Positions 20,575 to 31,560 of a DNA stretch of 64,000 nucleotides are shown piece by piece. This DNA comes from Candidatus Marinacidobacterales bacterium (GTDB taxonomy: Bacteria; Acidobacteriota; Vicinamibacteria; Marinacidobacterales; SMYC01). The stretch's first letter is position 1; every line of letters begins with the position of its first letter. Location of the stretch: contig CBDCYI010000004.1 of assembly GCA_965224085.1 (NCBI GenBank), forward strand, positions 864,001-928,000. The letters are read 5' to 3'. Under the pieces are notes generated by a model, which was given only the letters and a program-made list of their open reading frames with translations, was not told the DNA's origin and made no database searches. Made by a program: the position numbers and the translations under genes.

Positions 20575-20952
20575 TCAGGTACCGCTGTTGAGCTCGACGA
20601 CGATCACCTCCATCGTTCCCGGTCCTTCGTTCAAATCTCCGTGGAGTATGCCCGGAGGGTCTTTGTCGAGCCAATAGGCTTTGCCCGCTTTCCACTCATA
20701 GGTGTCGACCTGCTCGTTCTCTTCGTTGATGACTTTGAGGCTGCCGTCGGTCAGCGCGATGAGCGCGCGGCCGTTCTCGTGCCGGTGCAGCCGGAGCGGC
20801 TGATTCGGAAGGATAATGCTCTTCCAGACTTTGACGTGCTCGTTCTCGAATTGCGGTTCGCGACGACTGCGCTGTTCTTGAATCGCGAGTGTCACGCCCG
20901 AGGAGACAATGGCCGTTGCCAGAACGACCATTGGAAGTTTCGTTTTCGACAT
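20575..20952 (-). CDS. Exported cupin-like protein
   Basis: Signal peptide; FENEHVKVW, LHRH, HGDLN, EVIVVEL. Confidence 0.7.
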   Translation of the reverse strand: MSKTKLPMVVLATAIVSSGVTLAIQEQRSRREPQFENEHVKVWKSIILPNQPLRLHRHENGRALIALTDGSLKVINEENEQVDTYEWKAGKAYWLDKDPPGILHGDLNEGPGTMEVIVVELNSGT

Positions 20953-20956
20953 AGTT

Positions 20957-22708
20957 TTACTCCGCTTCGTATAGAATCTTACCGCCGACGATGGTGGCGA
21001 CGACGTTACCGTCGAAGAGCTTTCCCGGCTCCATCGCGCCCACGACGAGCGGATCGATATCCATGATCGTAATGTCCGCCCATTTGCCTACCTCGAGCGT
21101 CCCGGTCTCTTTCTCGAGACCGCCTGCGTAGGCACCCCAGATCGTATAGCCACGCACCGCCTCCTCAGGTGTCATGCGCTCCTCTGGATACCAGCCTTCC
21201 GGGGATTTCTGGTCCCTGTCGCGCCGCGTGATCGCGGAATGAAGCCCGTAGAAGATGTCGTGGTCCGAGCCAATGAGGTCCGAGTTGAAAGCGAGCCGAA
21301 CGCCGGCTTGTCGCAACGTACGCCATGCGTAAGCACCCCGCACGCGGTGCGGCCCCAGCCGATCCTCAGCCCACGCTTGGTCTTCCGCACAGTGCGGCGG
21401 CTCCATCGACGCGATGATGCCGAGCTCCGAGAAGCGCGCGAAATCGTCCGGATGCACGACCTGGGCGTGCTCGATCCGGTGGCGGAGCGCTTTCGTCTCG
21501 GGGTCGGCTTCGACAACCGTTGCGAGAAAGTCCAGCGTCTCTCGATTTCCTGCGTCGCCGATCGCATGGATGCCGACTTGAAAGCCCGAGCGCATCATCT
21601 CCGCGACGAGCTCCGTGTCGAACCCGTACTCGTCGCCGGCGATACCTTGATGACCGGGACGGTCCGAGTAATCCTCGAGCAAACGCGCTCCGCGTGAGCC
21701 TAGAGCACCGTCGTAATAGGCCTTGACCGAACGCGTGATAAGCATGCGATCGTTGTCCTGAACGGGACCTTTTTCAAGCCATTTGCGGCAGAGCTCGTCA
21801 TCACGGGCAGATAACATGGCGTAAACACGGATCGGAAGACTACCGCTACTCTCGAGCGACTCGAGCGCATCCATGAAACGGCTTTCGACGCCAGCCTCGT
21901 GGACCTGAACGTAGCCGTCCCGCGCCATGCGCTCGAGGCCCGCGCTGAGATAACCCTCGAACTGCTCGTCCGTGGGCTCGGGTATCGCGGCGTCGATGAG
22001 CAAACTGGCACGATTGAGCACGATGCCGGTCGGGTTGCCGCTCGCATCCCTCAAAATCTCTCCCCCGCTCGGATCGGCCGTGTCCCGAGTGATGCCGGCC
22101 GCCTCGAACGCTTTCTCGTTCGCCCAGACAGCAAACCCGTGCAGGCTGTCCATCACGACGGGGTTGTTCGGAAACGTCTCGCTGAGCAAATCCCACGTCG
22201 GGTACCGCGACGCCCAGGCGCCTTCGTCCCAACCGCGCGCGAGTATCCACTCCCCTTCCGCGACGTCACCCGAAGCGTCTACGACCCGCTGGACGGCCTC
22301 TTCCTCCGTTCCGACACCGATAAGATTGACCTGCACTTCGAGCTGGCCTAGGCCCACGACATGCGTATGCGAGTCGATCAGCCCCGGCAAGACCGTCGCC
22401 CCAGCCACGTCCATGACATGCGTAGCGCTACCTTTGTAGCGCTCGACCTCAGCATTCGAGCCGACGAAAAGGATTGCGCCATCCTTAACGGCGACCGCCT
22501 CCGCATCCGGACTCCATCCCGAATCCGAGTAGGGCGCGCCAGAAGCCGGAGCGCCGTCGGGGGCGGGCTCGGCCCAACCGAAACTGTAGATCCGACCACT
22601 TTGAACAATGAGGTCGGCGGGGTCCTCGGGCTCCGGCGTGGCGCATGCGAGAGCAAGCATAAGCATACAGAATGAGAGCCAAAACTTGCGATCCATCCAT
22701 GCCTCCAA
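20957..22708 (-). CDS. Amidohydrolase family 3 (YtcJ-like) lipoprotein
   Basis: Lipobox LALAC; PGLIDSHTH, DGALGSRGA, HAIGD, RIEHAQ, GKWAD. Confidence 0.9.
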   Translation of the reverse strand: MEAWMDRKFWLSFCMLMLALACATPEPEDPADLIVQSGRIYSFGWAEPAPDGAPASGAPYSDSGWSPDAEAVAVKDGAILFVGSNAEVERYKGSATHVMDVAGATVLPGLIDSHTHVVGLGQLEVQVNLIGVGTEEEAVQRVVDASGDVAEGEWILARGWDEGAWASRYPTWDLLSETFPNNPVVMDSLHGFAVWANEKAFEAAGITRDTADPSGGEILRDASGNPTGIVLNRASLLIDAAIPEPTDEQFEGYLSAGLERMARDGYVQVHEAGVESRFMDALESLESSGSLPIRVYAMLSARDDELCRKWLEKGPVQDNDRMLITRSVKAYYDGALGSRGARLLEDYSDRPGHQGIAGDEYGFDTELVAEMMRSGFQVGIHAIGDAGNRETLDFLATVVEADPETKALRHRIEHAQVVHPDDFARFSELGIIASMEPPHCAEDQAWAEDRLGPHRVRGAYAWRTLRQAGVRLAFNSDLIGSDHDIFYGLHSAITRRDRDQKSPEGWYPEERMTPEEAVRGYTIWGAYAGGLEKETGTLEVGKWADITIMDIDPLVVGAMEPGKLFDGNVVATIVGGKILYEAE

Positions 22709-22787
22709 TTCGCGCGGGATTATAAGCCTCTCGGGGCCAGAGCGCTATTCTGTCACTGATCGTTGGTACGGCTAAGGCGCCGGAAGG

Positions 22788-24089
22788 CTAAGAGCGACGA
22801 GCGAGATAGTCGGCCGTGTAAATCACCAAACCGAGCATCAGCGTCGCTAGGCCCGCGAGCGATTCGGCCGGTTGGGTAAAGAGCATAAAGCTCAAGCTCC
22901 ACGCACTGAGCACGAGGAAGATGATCGGCGGCCACGGATAACCCCAAGTACGATAAGGCCGTTCGAGCTCGGGCTCGCGGTGCCTCAAGACGAAGATACC
23001 CGCAACGGTCAGCGCCGTGATCAAGTTGAGAGTGAAACCCGTGTAGAGAAGCACCTGCTGGAACGTCGCCGTGTAAATGAAGCCGAGCGTGAGTGCGGAC
23101 TGCACCACCACCGCGTAGGTCGGAATGCCGCCCGCGCTCTTGTACGCAAGCGAGCGCAAAAGCGGTACGTCCTCCCCCATTACCTGCACGATCCGCGGCC
23201 CGACATAGATCATCACGCTGACGGTCGACGTAAGAATGAGCGCAATCGTCACTGCCATGAGATTCGCGCCCACGTCGCCGAAGATCTTCGACGCTGAGAG
23301 ATAGCCGACCTCGATCTGGCCGGCGAGCTCCGGAAACGGCACCGTGTACATGAACGCGTAGTTCACAAAGGTGTACAAAACGAACACGATAGCCGTGCCC
23401 AGAACAAGAGCCCAAGTCAGGTCCCGCGGCGGCGACTCCATCTCACCGACGATGTAGATAGCCGCGTTCCACCCCGTGTAAGCGAAGGCGACGTAGACGA
23501 GCGAGACCGCGAAGGCCGGTGTCACGATGAGATCCCAATCGCCGTCGGTCGGAAACGGGGTCACGTCTTGAGGGACGCGCACGTGATAAGCGGAACCGAT
23601 CAAGACGAGGAGGAGCAGCACCTTGAGGATCGTCAAAACATTCGTGAAACGCGTTCCCCACCACACGCTGCTGCAATGCAGAACTGTGAAGAACAGGACG
23701 AGAGCTGCCGCCGTGTGTACGACGGGAACCGCGGGAAACGCGGTCGCGAGATAAGTGGAGAACGCGATGGCCGCGAGCGCGGTAGGTGCGGCAAATCCCA
23801 CGGTAGCGGAGACCCAGCCCGAGAGAAAGCCGAGCACGGGGTGCATGATCCGTGACAGCAAATGATACTCGCCGCCCGAACGCGGAAGTGCGGTGCCGAG
23901 CTCTCCATAAGTAAGCGCTCCGCATAGAGCCGCGACGCCGCCGAGCACCCACAGCATCAGAATCGGAAAACCCGAAGGGATATCGGCGACCTGAAACCCG
24001 AGACTCGTAAAGATTCCGGTTCCAATCATGTTGGCAATGACCATGAATGTCGCCGTCCAGAAACCGATCTTGACCGACTCGCTCTTCAT
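22788..24089 (-). CDS. APC family amino acid permease
   Basis: IGTGIF, GALTYGELG..LPRSGGEY, YTGWN, ERPYRTWGYP. Confidence 0.9.
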   Translation of the reverse strand: MKSESVKIGFWTATFMVIANMIGTGIFTSLGFQVADIPSGFPILMLWVLGGVAALCGALTYGELGTALPRSGGEYHLLSRIMHPVLGFLSGWVSATVGFAAPTALAAIAFSTYLATAFPAVPVVHTAAALVLFFTVLHCSSVWWGTRFTNVLTILKVLLLLVLIGSAYHVRVPQDVTPFPTDGDWDLIVTPAFAVSLVYVAFAYTGWNAAIYIVGEMESPPRDLTWALVLGTAIVFVLYTFVNYAFMYTVPFPELAGQIEVGYLSASKIFGDVGANLMAVTIALILTSTVSVMIYVGPRIVQVMGEDVPLLRSLAYKSAGGIPTYAVVVQSALTLGFIYTATFQQVLLYTGFTLNLITALTVAGIFVLRHREPELERPYRTWGYPWPPIIFLVLSAWSLSFMLFTQPAESLAGLATLMLGLVIYTADYLARRS

Positions 24090-24206
24090 AGGTAGCGTTC
24101 GCGCCGAATCCTCGTGTGATGGCTCTCGTACCCGCACATGACGAAGGCGAGCGCCCGGACGCTGAACTTGCAGCTGCTCGTGCGTCCACGTGCCAGCAAC
24201 ACCGCG

Positions 24207-24860
24207 TTAGCTTTTCGAAACCACCACCGGAAACAGCTCGTGCTCCATCGGATCGCCGGGCTCGAGCTCGAGCCCCGGAAAAGGCGGCGACGTCGCGAAG
24301 GGCCGCTCCGCGAAAACAGTGTCATCTCCTAGCCAGCGGGTCGCGATGGCCCGGCGTCTCGTCGCGAGCGTCGCTGTTGATGGCGCGCCATGCACCGTCT
24401 TCATGTGGAAGGCAATCGCGTCACCGGGCTCGAGCGCCCAGGACAGGATCTCGTAGTCCCGTCTCGTGGCCTCGATATCCGGAACGTCTTCGAATCGCTC
24501 GAACGCGCCGTCATACGGACGGTGGTCGACGAACTTCAGCGGTGTGAACATCCGGTTCCGATGGGAGACGGCGACGAACTCGGGACACACCGTTTGGGGC
24601 ACGGGGTCGAGAGGAAGCCAAATGCTGCAAACTTGCTCCCCGTCCACACAGTAGTAGGGCTGGTCCTGGTGCCAGGGACTGATCTCCCGCGTACCCGGCT
24701 CTTTGACGAGCACGTGCTCGTGAAAAAAGCGCACCGCTCTCGACCCTAGGAGCTCGGCTACCGCATCCCCAATCCTCGAATCGAAGACGAAGCTCCGATA
24801 TTCCGAGAAGCGCTGCCAGTTGCAATAGTCGTCGACGAAATTGCCCGGTGCTTGCGTCAT
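24207..24860 (-). pseudogene. Phytanoyl-CoA dioxygenase (PhyH) family, 5'-truncated by the IS1-like element
   Basis: PWHQD, SIWLPLD, EPGD..FH..TVH; N-terminus replaced by IS sequence. Confidence 0.8.
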
Positions 24861-24861
24861 T

Positions 24862-26113
24862 AGCTGTTGATTAGGCGGCGACTCGACAGGTCGGCCAGCA
24901 GACCCTCGGCAGCTCGACCTTGTCAGATCTTGTGACGTAGTCGGTAAGGGAGGCGCACACGACCGCGACAAAAACATGTTGAGAGAAGCCTCGTGCGGTG
25001 AAGATGTCGCTAAAGGACAACCGCTTCGTCACCAAGCCGGCCTGCATCGCCGGCGTCCTGGTCTCTCGCCCGAACTTCAAAGCTCTGTGCGGCCGGACGA
25101 AGTTGTAATGACAACGCAGGAGCTCAACGTGCCCGCGGAGCTGGTCTTCGCATCGGGCGTGGCACGGCGACCGCCGGCGCAAGTACGCCGACCCTTGCCG
25201 GATAGTAAGGTTTAGACGTTCGACGAACGACGTGTTCAGCGTCTCGGAATCCTCTGACTCCAATAGCGCGTCCTTCAAGCGTCTCGCAGTGCCAATCTTC
25301 GGGAGCCTTTCGACTCGGACGACACGATTGTTCCGCCGAGTCTTGATCACTTGGCCGTAAACGCAAGCTGGACCCATGAGGCGACCGATCACCGTGAAAT
25401 AAAACTCGAAGCCATCCGTCGCGATCAGTGGGATTCCAACGAGGCGCCCCCGCAGGATGACGTCGTTGAGTACGGCCTTGGTGTTCCGATAGGAGCGGTG
25501 GCCGACGAGGCTACTCGCCCACAAGCGTGAACACACCTCGATGGTCGCAAAGAGCCACATCGGCCTGCTCTTGCTGCCGATGATCGTGTAGAGTTCATCG
25601 GCCTGAAGCTCAACGATCTCGAAGTCCCGTAGCATTTGCCGGTTGAAGCGCTCAGCCGCTCTCGAGGCCCGCTCGAGCCAGCGTGCGACGGTGTTGCGGG
25701 AACGACCCGTGAGACGGGCCGTCGCAGAAATGCTCACGCCGTCGACTCGCAGGCCCGTGGTGGTAAACCAGCCGTGGCCACCGATGTTGATGCCCAAGTT
25801 TCCAAAGTTCTCGCATTCTGGCTTGGAGCACGCCTTGTCCTTGGTCGAACTCCTTCCGAGTGCAGCGAAGACCGCTGTACGCCGAGCCCGTATTCGTGCT
25901 GACGGTTCCCCCACATATCTTGCAACGGTAACGCCGTCGGCGACCCGACTTTGGATGGACCTCATGACTCAAGTGTACCGGGTTGAAATCCGCTCTATCT
26001 CTCATGATCTTCGGTAGGTAGAATGATCTTTACTGTCGTACCCGCTCCCTCCACGCTTTCGAGCTGAATCTCGCCTCCCAGACTGTGGATGATGCTCCTG
26101 CAGTTGAACAGCC
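24862..26113 (-). mobile_element. IS1-family element with scrambled transposase N-terminus (ends approximate)
   Basis: ORF 24871-25965: LQADE, ATDG, NTSFVERLN, YNF.RPH, TPAM.AGL; weak IR pair tagctgttga / ttgaacagc. Confidence 0.75.
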
Positions 26114-26299
26114 CCCAGTTGCCTGTAGACACCCTTGTCCATCATCAAAACTCGCCCGCGTTTGAAATCAGAGAGTTACGAGTCCTGCTCGTGCCGGCCG
26201 GAGAGCGGATTTTGCACTTGAGATCACGACGTGAGAGAGGGCAAACTCTGCCGCGCCATGTTCCGTGTTCTCATAGTCCTTGTGTCTCTCAGCCCCCCT

Positions 26300-26472
26300 G
26301 CCTGTCGGACAAAACGGCGCTTACGGTCGGGGTCGGAGACGAGCTCGGGAGGAAGGACTTTCAGGGCGACTTCGCGGTTGAGTTTCAGGTCAAGGGCTTT
26401 GTAGACGATGCCGATCCCGCCTCGGCTGATCTCTTCCAGCACTTTGTAGTGGGATAGGGTGCGGCCGATCAC
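26300..26472 (-). pseudogene. Ser/Thr protein kinase, N-terminal fragment
   Basis: LSHYKVLEEISRGGIGIVYKA.D..L.REVALK; similarity ends after KRRFVRQ. Confidence 0.85.
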
Positions 26473-27025
26473 TCGCTTTCGTCCGTCACGACGTCCATGA
26501 CCCAGATGTCGCCGAGATCTTCTTCCCAGGTGAAGTAGAGGTATTCTCCGTCCGTGGCGAGGGTTTGCCGGTAGACGCTCCCGTGCCGTCCCGAGAAATC
26601 GGTGACCGGGTACTCGCGCCCATCCTCTAACGACACCGCCCAGATGTTGACGTTGATATCGGTCGGTCGCACGAAGTAGATCTCCTTCCCGTCGGGCGAC
26701 CAGCGAGGTCTGTATGACCTACCCTCAGTGACAGGCTCGGCCTCTCCTCCGGCGGCGGGAATGCGCCAGAGACCGGCTCCGCGCCCGATGGACTGAAACA
26801 CAAACCACTTACCGTCAGGCGACCACTCGGGGTGTTGCTCGTCTCCGGGACCATCCGTCACCTGGCGCGGCTCACCCCCATCCTCGAGACCGCCCAAATG
26901 GCCCAGTTGCTGCTGCCCCCCACCTGAAAGGCGATCTCCGTTCCGTCTGGAGACCACCTTGCCAGGGCACCCCTTGAAGTCGAATGCCGGGCGGCCCCCC
27001 CTCCGCGGGCATCACCCAAAGACCC
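26469..27025 (-). pseudogene. PD40/TolB-like beta-propeller, C-terminal fragment (probably of a kinase), frameshifted
   Basis: Repeats WSPDGKW, WSPDGKEI, RWSPDGTEIAF in different frames; ends GDIWVMDV and overlaps the kinase start. Confidence 0.75.
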
Positions 27026-27465
27026 CCCGCTCACTAACTGTTGCGAGGCGAAATTTCGTTTTCTTTTTCAGTGCCTCCAAGAGGGCGCTTTCCGCCATCC
27101 GACTTAGGAATGTACACGCGCCGCACCGGTAGTGGTCGGTAGCGACCGGCGTGTACCCGCGAGCAAAGATCCTTGATGTTGCTCACGAAGTTCTTCTCGT
27201 AATCGGCGACAGTCTCTCCGTCGACACCAGCGCTTGCGCTGCGCTTCAACCGACGAAACGCTCGATAGAGCGCTTCGTGATCCACGTGATGCAGCAACGC
27301 AGTGAACCGAGCCTTTCTATCTCGCTTCGCTGCTTCGTTCACCCGCGTGAGATTTGGCGGTAAGGCGACCCGGCGCTGTGTCCGGACCTTAGCCCTCTCC
27401 CGTGGGTTCCCTCCAGGCCGATCCCTTCCCTCCACCATCTCGTTGCCTTCGATAGCTTCCTCAGT

Positions 27466-29498
27466 GTCGGGTCGGAGGGGGCGCACCGCAGCGCTGACCC
27501 CCGTCCGCCGCTCAAACCGGACATACAGTTTTCCCGTATCCGGCTTTCACAAAGGTTGGATTATTCATCGCGGCTTGATGGAAGGAATCAGGAAGACAAA
27601 GCGTACGAGGCCCATCTCATCGTAGAGCTGACGCTCCGGGAGCTGCTTCCACCCCCGACAGCGCCAGCGTTTGAACCGATGCGACCAGATACGTCGCAGG
27701 ATCCAACGATCGAGACGCGCGAAGAGCTTGCGGACGTGAGCTTTATGATAGTAAAGACCCCAACCGCGAATAACCGGGTTGATCTCGTCGATTAGCTGCT
27801 GCGTACTCACAGGAGCTTTGCGACAGGTCCGTCGCCGAATCTGATCCTTGAAGTGCTGGAGCGACTTCTGTCGAGGGTACGCGTACAGGTCACCCTTGCG
27901 GACACCCGTACGGATCTTGTGTGAGGGTAGGGCCAAAGGGCGACTACCCCGCTTGATCTTGTATCCCAAGAACTCGAAGCCGTGTGCAACGTGAACGATA
28001 CGAGTCTTCTCCACGTTCAAGGTTACACCCAACGTCGTAAGGATCATCCGGGCTTCGGCCAGCACCTTCTGGGCCTCTGCCTTGGTGCAGCATGTCACGA
28101 CCCAGTCGTCGGCATACCGCGTCAGGCGATAGCCACGATGGCGCATCTCCCGATCAAACGGAGTCAAAAGGACGTTACTTAAGATCGGTGAGACCACACC
28201 GCCTTGCGGTGCACCTTGCTCGGTCGGGAGCCGTCTCCCCTCCGCCATGCAGCCTGCTTTGAGCATGCTGCGAATAAGACGAAGGACGCGACCATCCGAC
28301 ACTCGCTTGGCAACAAGAGCGAGGAGCTTCTCATGGTCCACAGTCCCAAAGAAATTGGAAAGATCCGCATCCACGATCCACTCGTAACCCTCTTCGATCT
28401 CTTGCCAGATCTTGCGTAAAGCATCCTTTGTCGATCTTCCTCGTCGATATCCGAAGCTGGCGGCATCGAACACCTGCTCGAAGATCGGTTCCAACCGGTT
28501 CTGCAGTGCCTGCTGACACACGCGGTCATAAACGGCCGGAATGCCGAGCGGGCGGAACTTTCCCGGTTGTCCAGCCTTGGGAATGAGTTTCTGCCGAACA
28601 GGTAGTGGACGATAGGCATCGGTCTTGAGCTCCTCATGGAGTCGGTTGAGGTGCGCATCAAGCTGCTCCTCAAACTCGTCCAGAGTTTGTCCATCGATGC
28701 CACCGGCACCCTTGTTCCGCTTCACTCGGTTCCAGGCCAGCTCCAAGTTCTTCCGCTTGTATATCTTGTCCACCAGAGAGTGGACCTTCCTCTCACCCGT
28801 TGGGTTCAACCAGGCCGACAGTTTCCTCGGACGATCACTTCTGGGTCTTTCACTAAAGGAACTTATCCGCGTCATCGCCCTTACTCGTCTGTCATCCTTG
28901 TTGTCACCAACCACCTTTGCCAGCCCCCTTCCCCAGCCCACTCGGCTGCCGATCTCTCGATCACACGACTTTCACCGCGCTTCAGGTACTATTGGGCTGT
29001 CCGACGACTCACCCGGCTTCACTTCCCATTTCGCTCTCGCTTATAGGGTCGCTTATCCCGACGCCACTCGGGAACCCAATGAGCCCTCCTGGGGTCACGT
29101 CCAGATCTTCCGTACCGTGCCGTCCGCAAACACCTTGATTCGGTGGGTGAATGAGAACGCCTTCGCCTCCATAGTGCAGGCTCGACCTTGCCCCACCTTT
29201 GGCCGACCGGTTCATCAACGGGGTCGCCCCCTCGATTACGGCCCGGTACTGCTCCGCATACCCTTCAGATTCCACCTCGCGGTGGACACCCTGTCCTCCA
29301 GTTGTCCAGTGGACAGAACCCGAACTTAGGTACATCCCCTTGGCAGTAGCCATCGTTTCCAACTTCGTGCCCGTTTAGGGTTCTCCTTATCCGCGTTCCC
29401 CGGCCAGCGAGGCGTTACCCCCGCTTTTGGATATGGCGCTCCTCATCCGAGCACCAGAGGGACTTCAACCTTCCTGATCTGGACGCTGCCCAGCACAC
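27466..29498 (-). mobile_element. Inner group II intron, apparently complete (~2.03 kb)
   Basis: 5' GTGTG at 29498; DV gaaagccggatacgggaaaactgtatgtccggttt; DVI ending cccgAC at 27466; removal restores the outer catagt/actgaggaag. Confidence 0.9.
27565..28941 (-). CDS. ltrA: Group II intron reverse transcriptase/maturase without endonuclease domain (start uncertain)
   Basis: GAGGIDG, RPLGIP, GAPQGGVVSP, RYADD, FEFLGY, thumb/X domain INPVIRGW. Confidence 0.95.
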   Translation of the reverse strand: MGWGRGLAKVVGDNKDDRRVRAMTRISSFSERPRSDRPRKLSAWLNPTGERKVHSLVDKIYKRKNLELAWNRVKRNKGAGGIDGQTLDEFEEQLDAHLNRLHEELKTDAYRPLPVRQKLIPKAGQPGKFRPLGIPAVYDRVCQQALQNRLEPIFEQVFDAASFGYRRGRSTKDALRKIWQEIEEGYEWIVDADLSNFFGTVDHEKLLALVAKRVSDGRVLRLIRSMLKAGCMAEGRRLPTEQGAPQGGVVSPILSNVLLTPFDREMRHRGYRLTRYADDWVVTCCTKAEAQKVLAEARMILTTLGVTLNVEKTRIVHVAHGFEFLGYKIKRGSRPLALPSHKIRTGVRKGDLYAYPRQKSLQHFKDQIRRRTCRKAPVSTQQLIDEINPVIRGWGLYYHKAHVRKLFARLDRWILRRIWSHRFKRWRCRGWKQLPERQLYDEMGLVRFVFLIPSIKPR

Positions 29499-29894
29499 AC
29501 TATGAATCGGTCCGACTTCCGGCCTCAGCTCAGCACCGCGCTTCGGTTTTCCCTTGCGCGACGCCCCCATCGGTGACCATTCCGATGGACCCGGCCGGAC
29601 CTCCTGGGTCCCGAAAGGAACTCTTCGTACGTGATGTGGTCCACGACCCCGGCGGAGCGTAACCATCTCGCGATAGCGATGGCCCACATGCTGCCTTCAT
29701 TGACGGGAATCAACTCGGCCTTCCGCGATATTCAGCATTTCGAGGCTACATTCACACACCCTGCACGACCCCTGTCTACGCTTCGGACCCCGCGTTGCCA
29801 CGACGCCCGCAAGACTCGGTCCCGACCTGTCCGCTACGACTTTTGGTCGGATTGGACTTCCACCCATAGGCTCCTTTCAGTTAGCCCAGCGCAC

Positions 29895-31346
29895 TCCCGC
29901 CGGATGTTGAATTTGGGGTAGCGGCGGCTCCTTGGCCGGCCTAAGAATAGGTCTGCCAAACAACCGTCTCCAGAGGGGGACAAGGAGCCACCAATGCCTA
30001 GGAAATCAAAGAAGCCAGTAAGAAAGCAAACGCACTCGCCTACGGGCAAGGTAGTTGGCCAAGCCGGTCAGATACTGCTACCGATGATAGCTGGGATCGC
30101 GGCCACGAAGGCGGATCTGACGGAATGGGTGTACGAGCAAGGACTGACAGCTCTGCACCTACTGCTCAGAGAGGACGCCGAGGAGGTCGCGGGGCTCAAG
30201 GGCAAGCACGAGAAGGAGCGAACTCATAACCACTGGGGGAGCACGAACGGAGAGCTGAGCTTCGGTGGTCGTCGCATCCAAGTGTCGCGACCTCGAGTGC
30301 GTTCGAAGTCTGGTGAGGAGGCGTCGCTTCCACACTTCGAAGCCTTCCGCGAAGAAGACCCGCTTCCAGAGCGAGTGTTGAATCAGATCTTGGTGGGGGT
30401 ATCGACCCGAAATTACGAACGGAGTCTGGACAAACCCGCGGCCAAGTTGAAGTCTCGTGGCACGAGCAAGAGTGCCGCCAGCCGTCACCTCGTAAGCCAG
30501 ACGACGAAGAAGCTCGAGCAATACCTGTCTCGGCGGCTAGAGGAGTACGAACTTGCGGCACTGATGATGGATGGCCTTGAGGTGGCCGGCCAGACCGTCG
30601 TCGTAACTCTCGGTATCACAATAGATGGAACGAAGGTGCCCCTGGGTATATGGCTGGGCTCGACGGAAAACTCTCGGGTGTGCACCGCGATGTTGCAGGA
30701 CCTTCTCGAGCGAGGCTTGCGCGTCGATGAGTCGATTCTCTGTGTAGTGGACGGAGGCAAAGGTATCCGCAAGGCACTCGTCGACGTGTTGGGGGATCTC
30801 GCGGTCATCCAAAGGTGCCAGATCCATAAACTCCGAAATCTTCGCTCGTACCTTCCCAAGTCTCGTCACGCCTACGTGCTCCAGACGATGAAGAAAGCCT
30901 ACAAGTGCAAGAGTGCCGACAAGGCGCGCAAGCGACTTCAGGCATTGGTGTCGTGGCTCGAGCGAAACAGCCACGATGAAGCTGCCGGAAGCCTTCGCGA
31001 AGGGATGGAAGAGACGCTCACGGTCGTGAAGCTCGCTCTGCCCGAGTTACTTCGCCAGTCTCTTGCCACGACGAACGCCATTGAGAATCTCAACGGAACC
31101 ATTCGAAGAGTATCGAGAAACGTCAAGCGTTGGAAGAGTCCTTCGATGGTTCGCCGATGGACCGCTCTCGGCGTCGTCACGGCGGAGAAGAAGTTCCGGC
31201 GTATCAAAGGCTATCGCCATATGGGCGCTCTCGTTCACGCGCTTAGAAGCAAACAGAAATCTCTTGACAGCGATGAGTTTGCTGCCTAAGAGTATTCACA
31301 GGTGCCGCCGCTACCCGACCAAATTCAACAGCGGCCGGGACATCCC
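29895..31346 (+). mobile_element. IS256-family element; left IR clipped by the intron insertion
   Basis: Right end aaattcaacagcggccgggacatccc; left end (rc) aaattcaacatccggcggga runs straight into intron GTGCG. Confidence 0.85.
29994..31289 (+). CDS. IS256 family transposase
   Basis: GVSTRNY, MDG, VDGGKG, QRCQIHKLRN, TTNAIENLNG. Confidence 0.93.
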   Translation: MPRKSKKPVRKQTHSPTGKVVGQAGQILLPMIAGIAATKADLTEWVYEQGLTALHLLLREDAEEVAGLKGKHEKERTHNHWGSTNGELSFGGRRIQVSRPRVRSKSGEEASLPHFEAFREEDPLPERVLNQILVGVSTRNYERSLDKPAAKLKSRGTSKSAASRHLVSQTTKKLEQYLSRRLEEYELAALMMDGLEVAGQTVVVTLGITIDGTKVPLGIWLGSTENSRVCTAMLQDLLERGLRVDESILCVVDGGKGIRKALVDVLGDLAVIQRCQIHKLRNLRSYLPKSRHAYVLQTMKKAYKCKSADKARKRLQALVSWLERNSHDEAAGSLREGMEETLTVVKLALPELLRQSLATTNAIENLNGTIRRVSRNVKRWKSPSMVRRWTALGVVTAEKKFRRIKGYRHMGALVHALRSKQKSLDSDEFAA

Positions 31347-31560
31347 CAATCTCCCACCTGCGGATGTGTTGGCTCCGGGCGGCGATGCGCAGTGCTTCGG
31401 GAGCGCGGGAATCGAGCTTCTCGACCCATTCCTGCATCCTCACTCCGTACAGGAGTTCTTTGGGCTGCGCCACACCGTCGACGACCTCGGAGTTCGGGTC
31501 TTCGCCGTTGGCCTCGTCGATGCTCCGGATCGCCCGCTGAAATCGATCTGTGTTACTCAT
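31347..31560 (-). pseudogene. DUF4202 family protein, N-terminus cut by IS256
   Basis: IDEANGEDPN..PKELLYG.RM..AARSQHIRRWEI, then IS end. Confidence 0.8.

Larger units (their letters stand above)
27075..29894 (-). mobile_element. Outer group II intron, 3'-truncated, interrupted by the inner intron
   Basis: 5' GTGCG at 29894; EBS1 hairpin near 29703-29708; RT N-terminal remnant ARFTALLHHV..SAGVDG..RRVYIPK..KRPLG ending near 27075. Confidence 0.85.

Noticed and set aside
27034-28941. RTs as retron, DGR or defence RT
   Set aside because: Group II intron ends, DV/DVI, EBS/IBS pairs and a maturase domain are present
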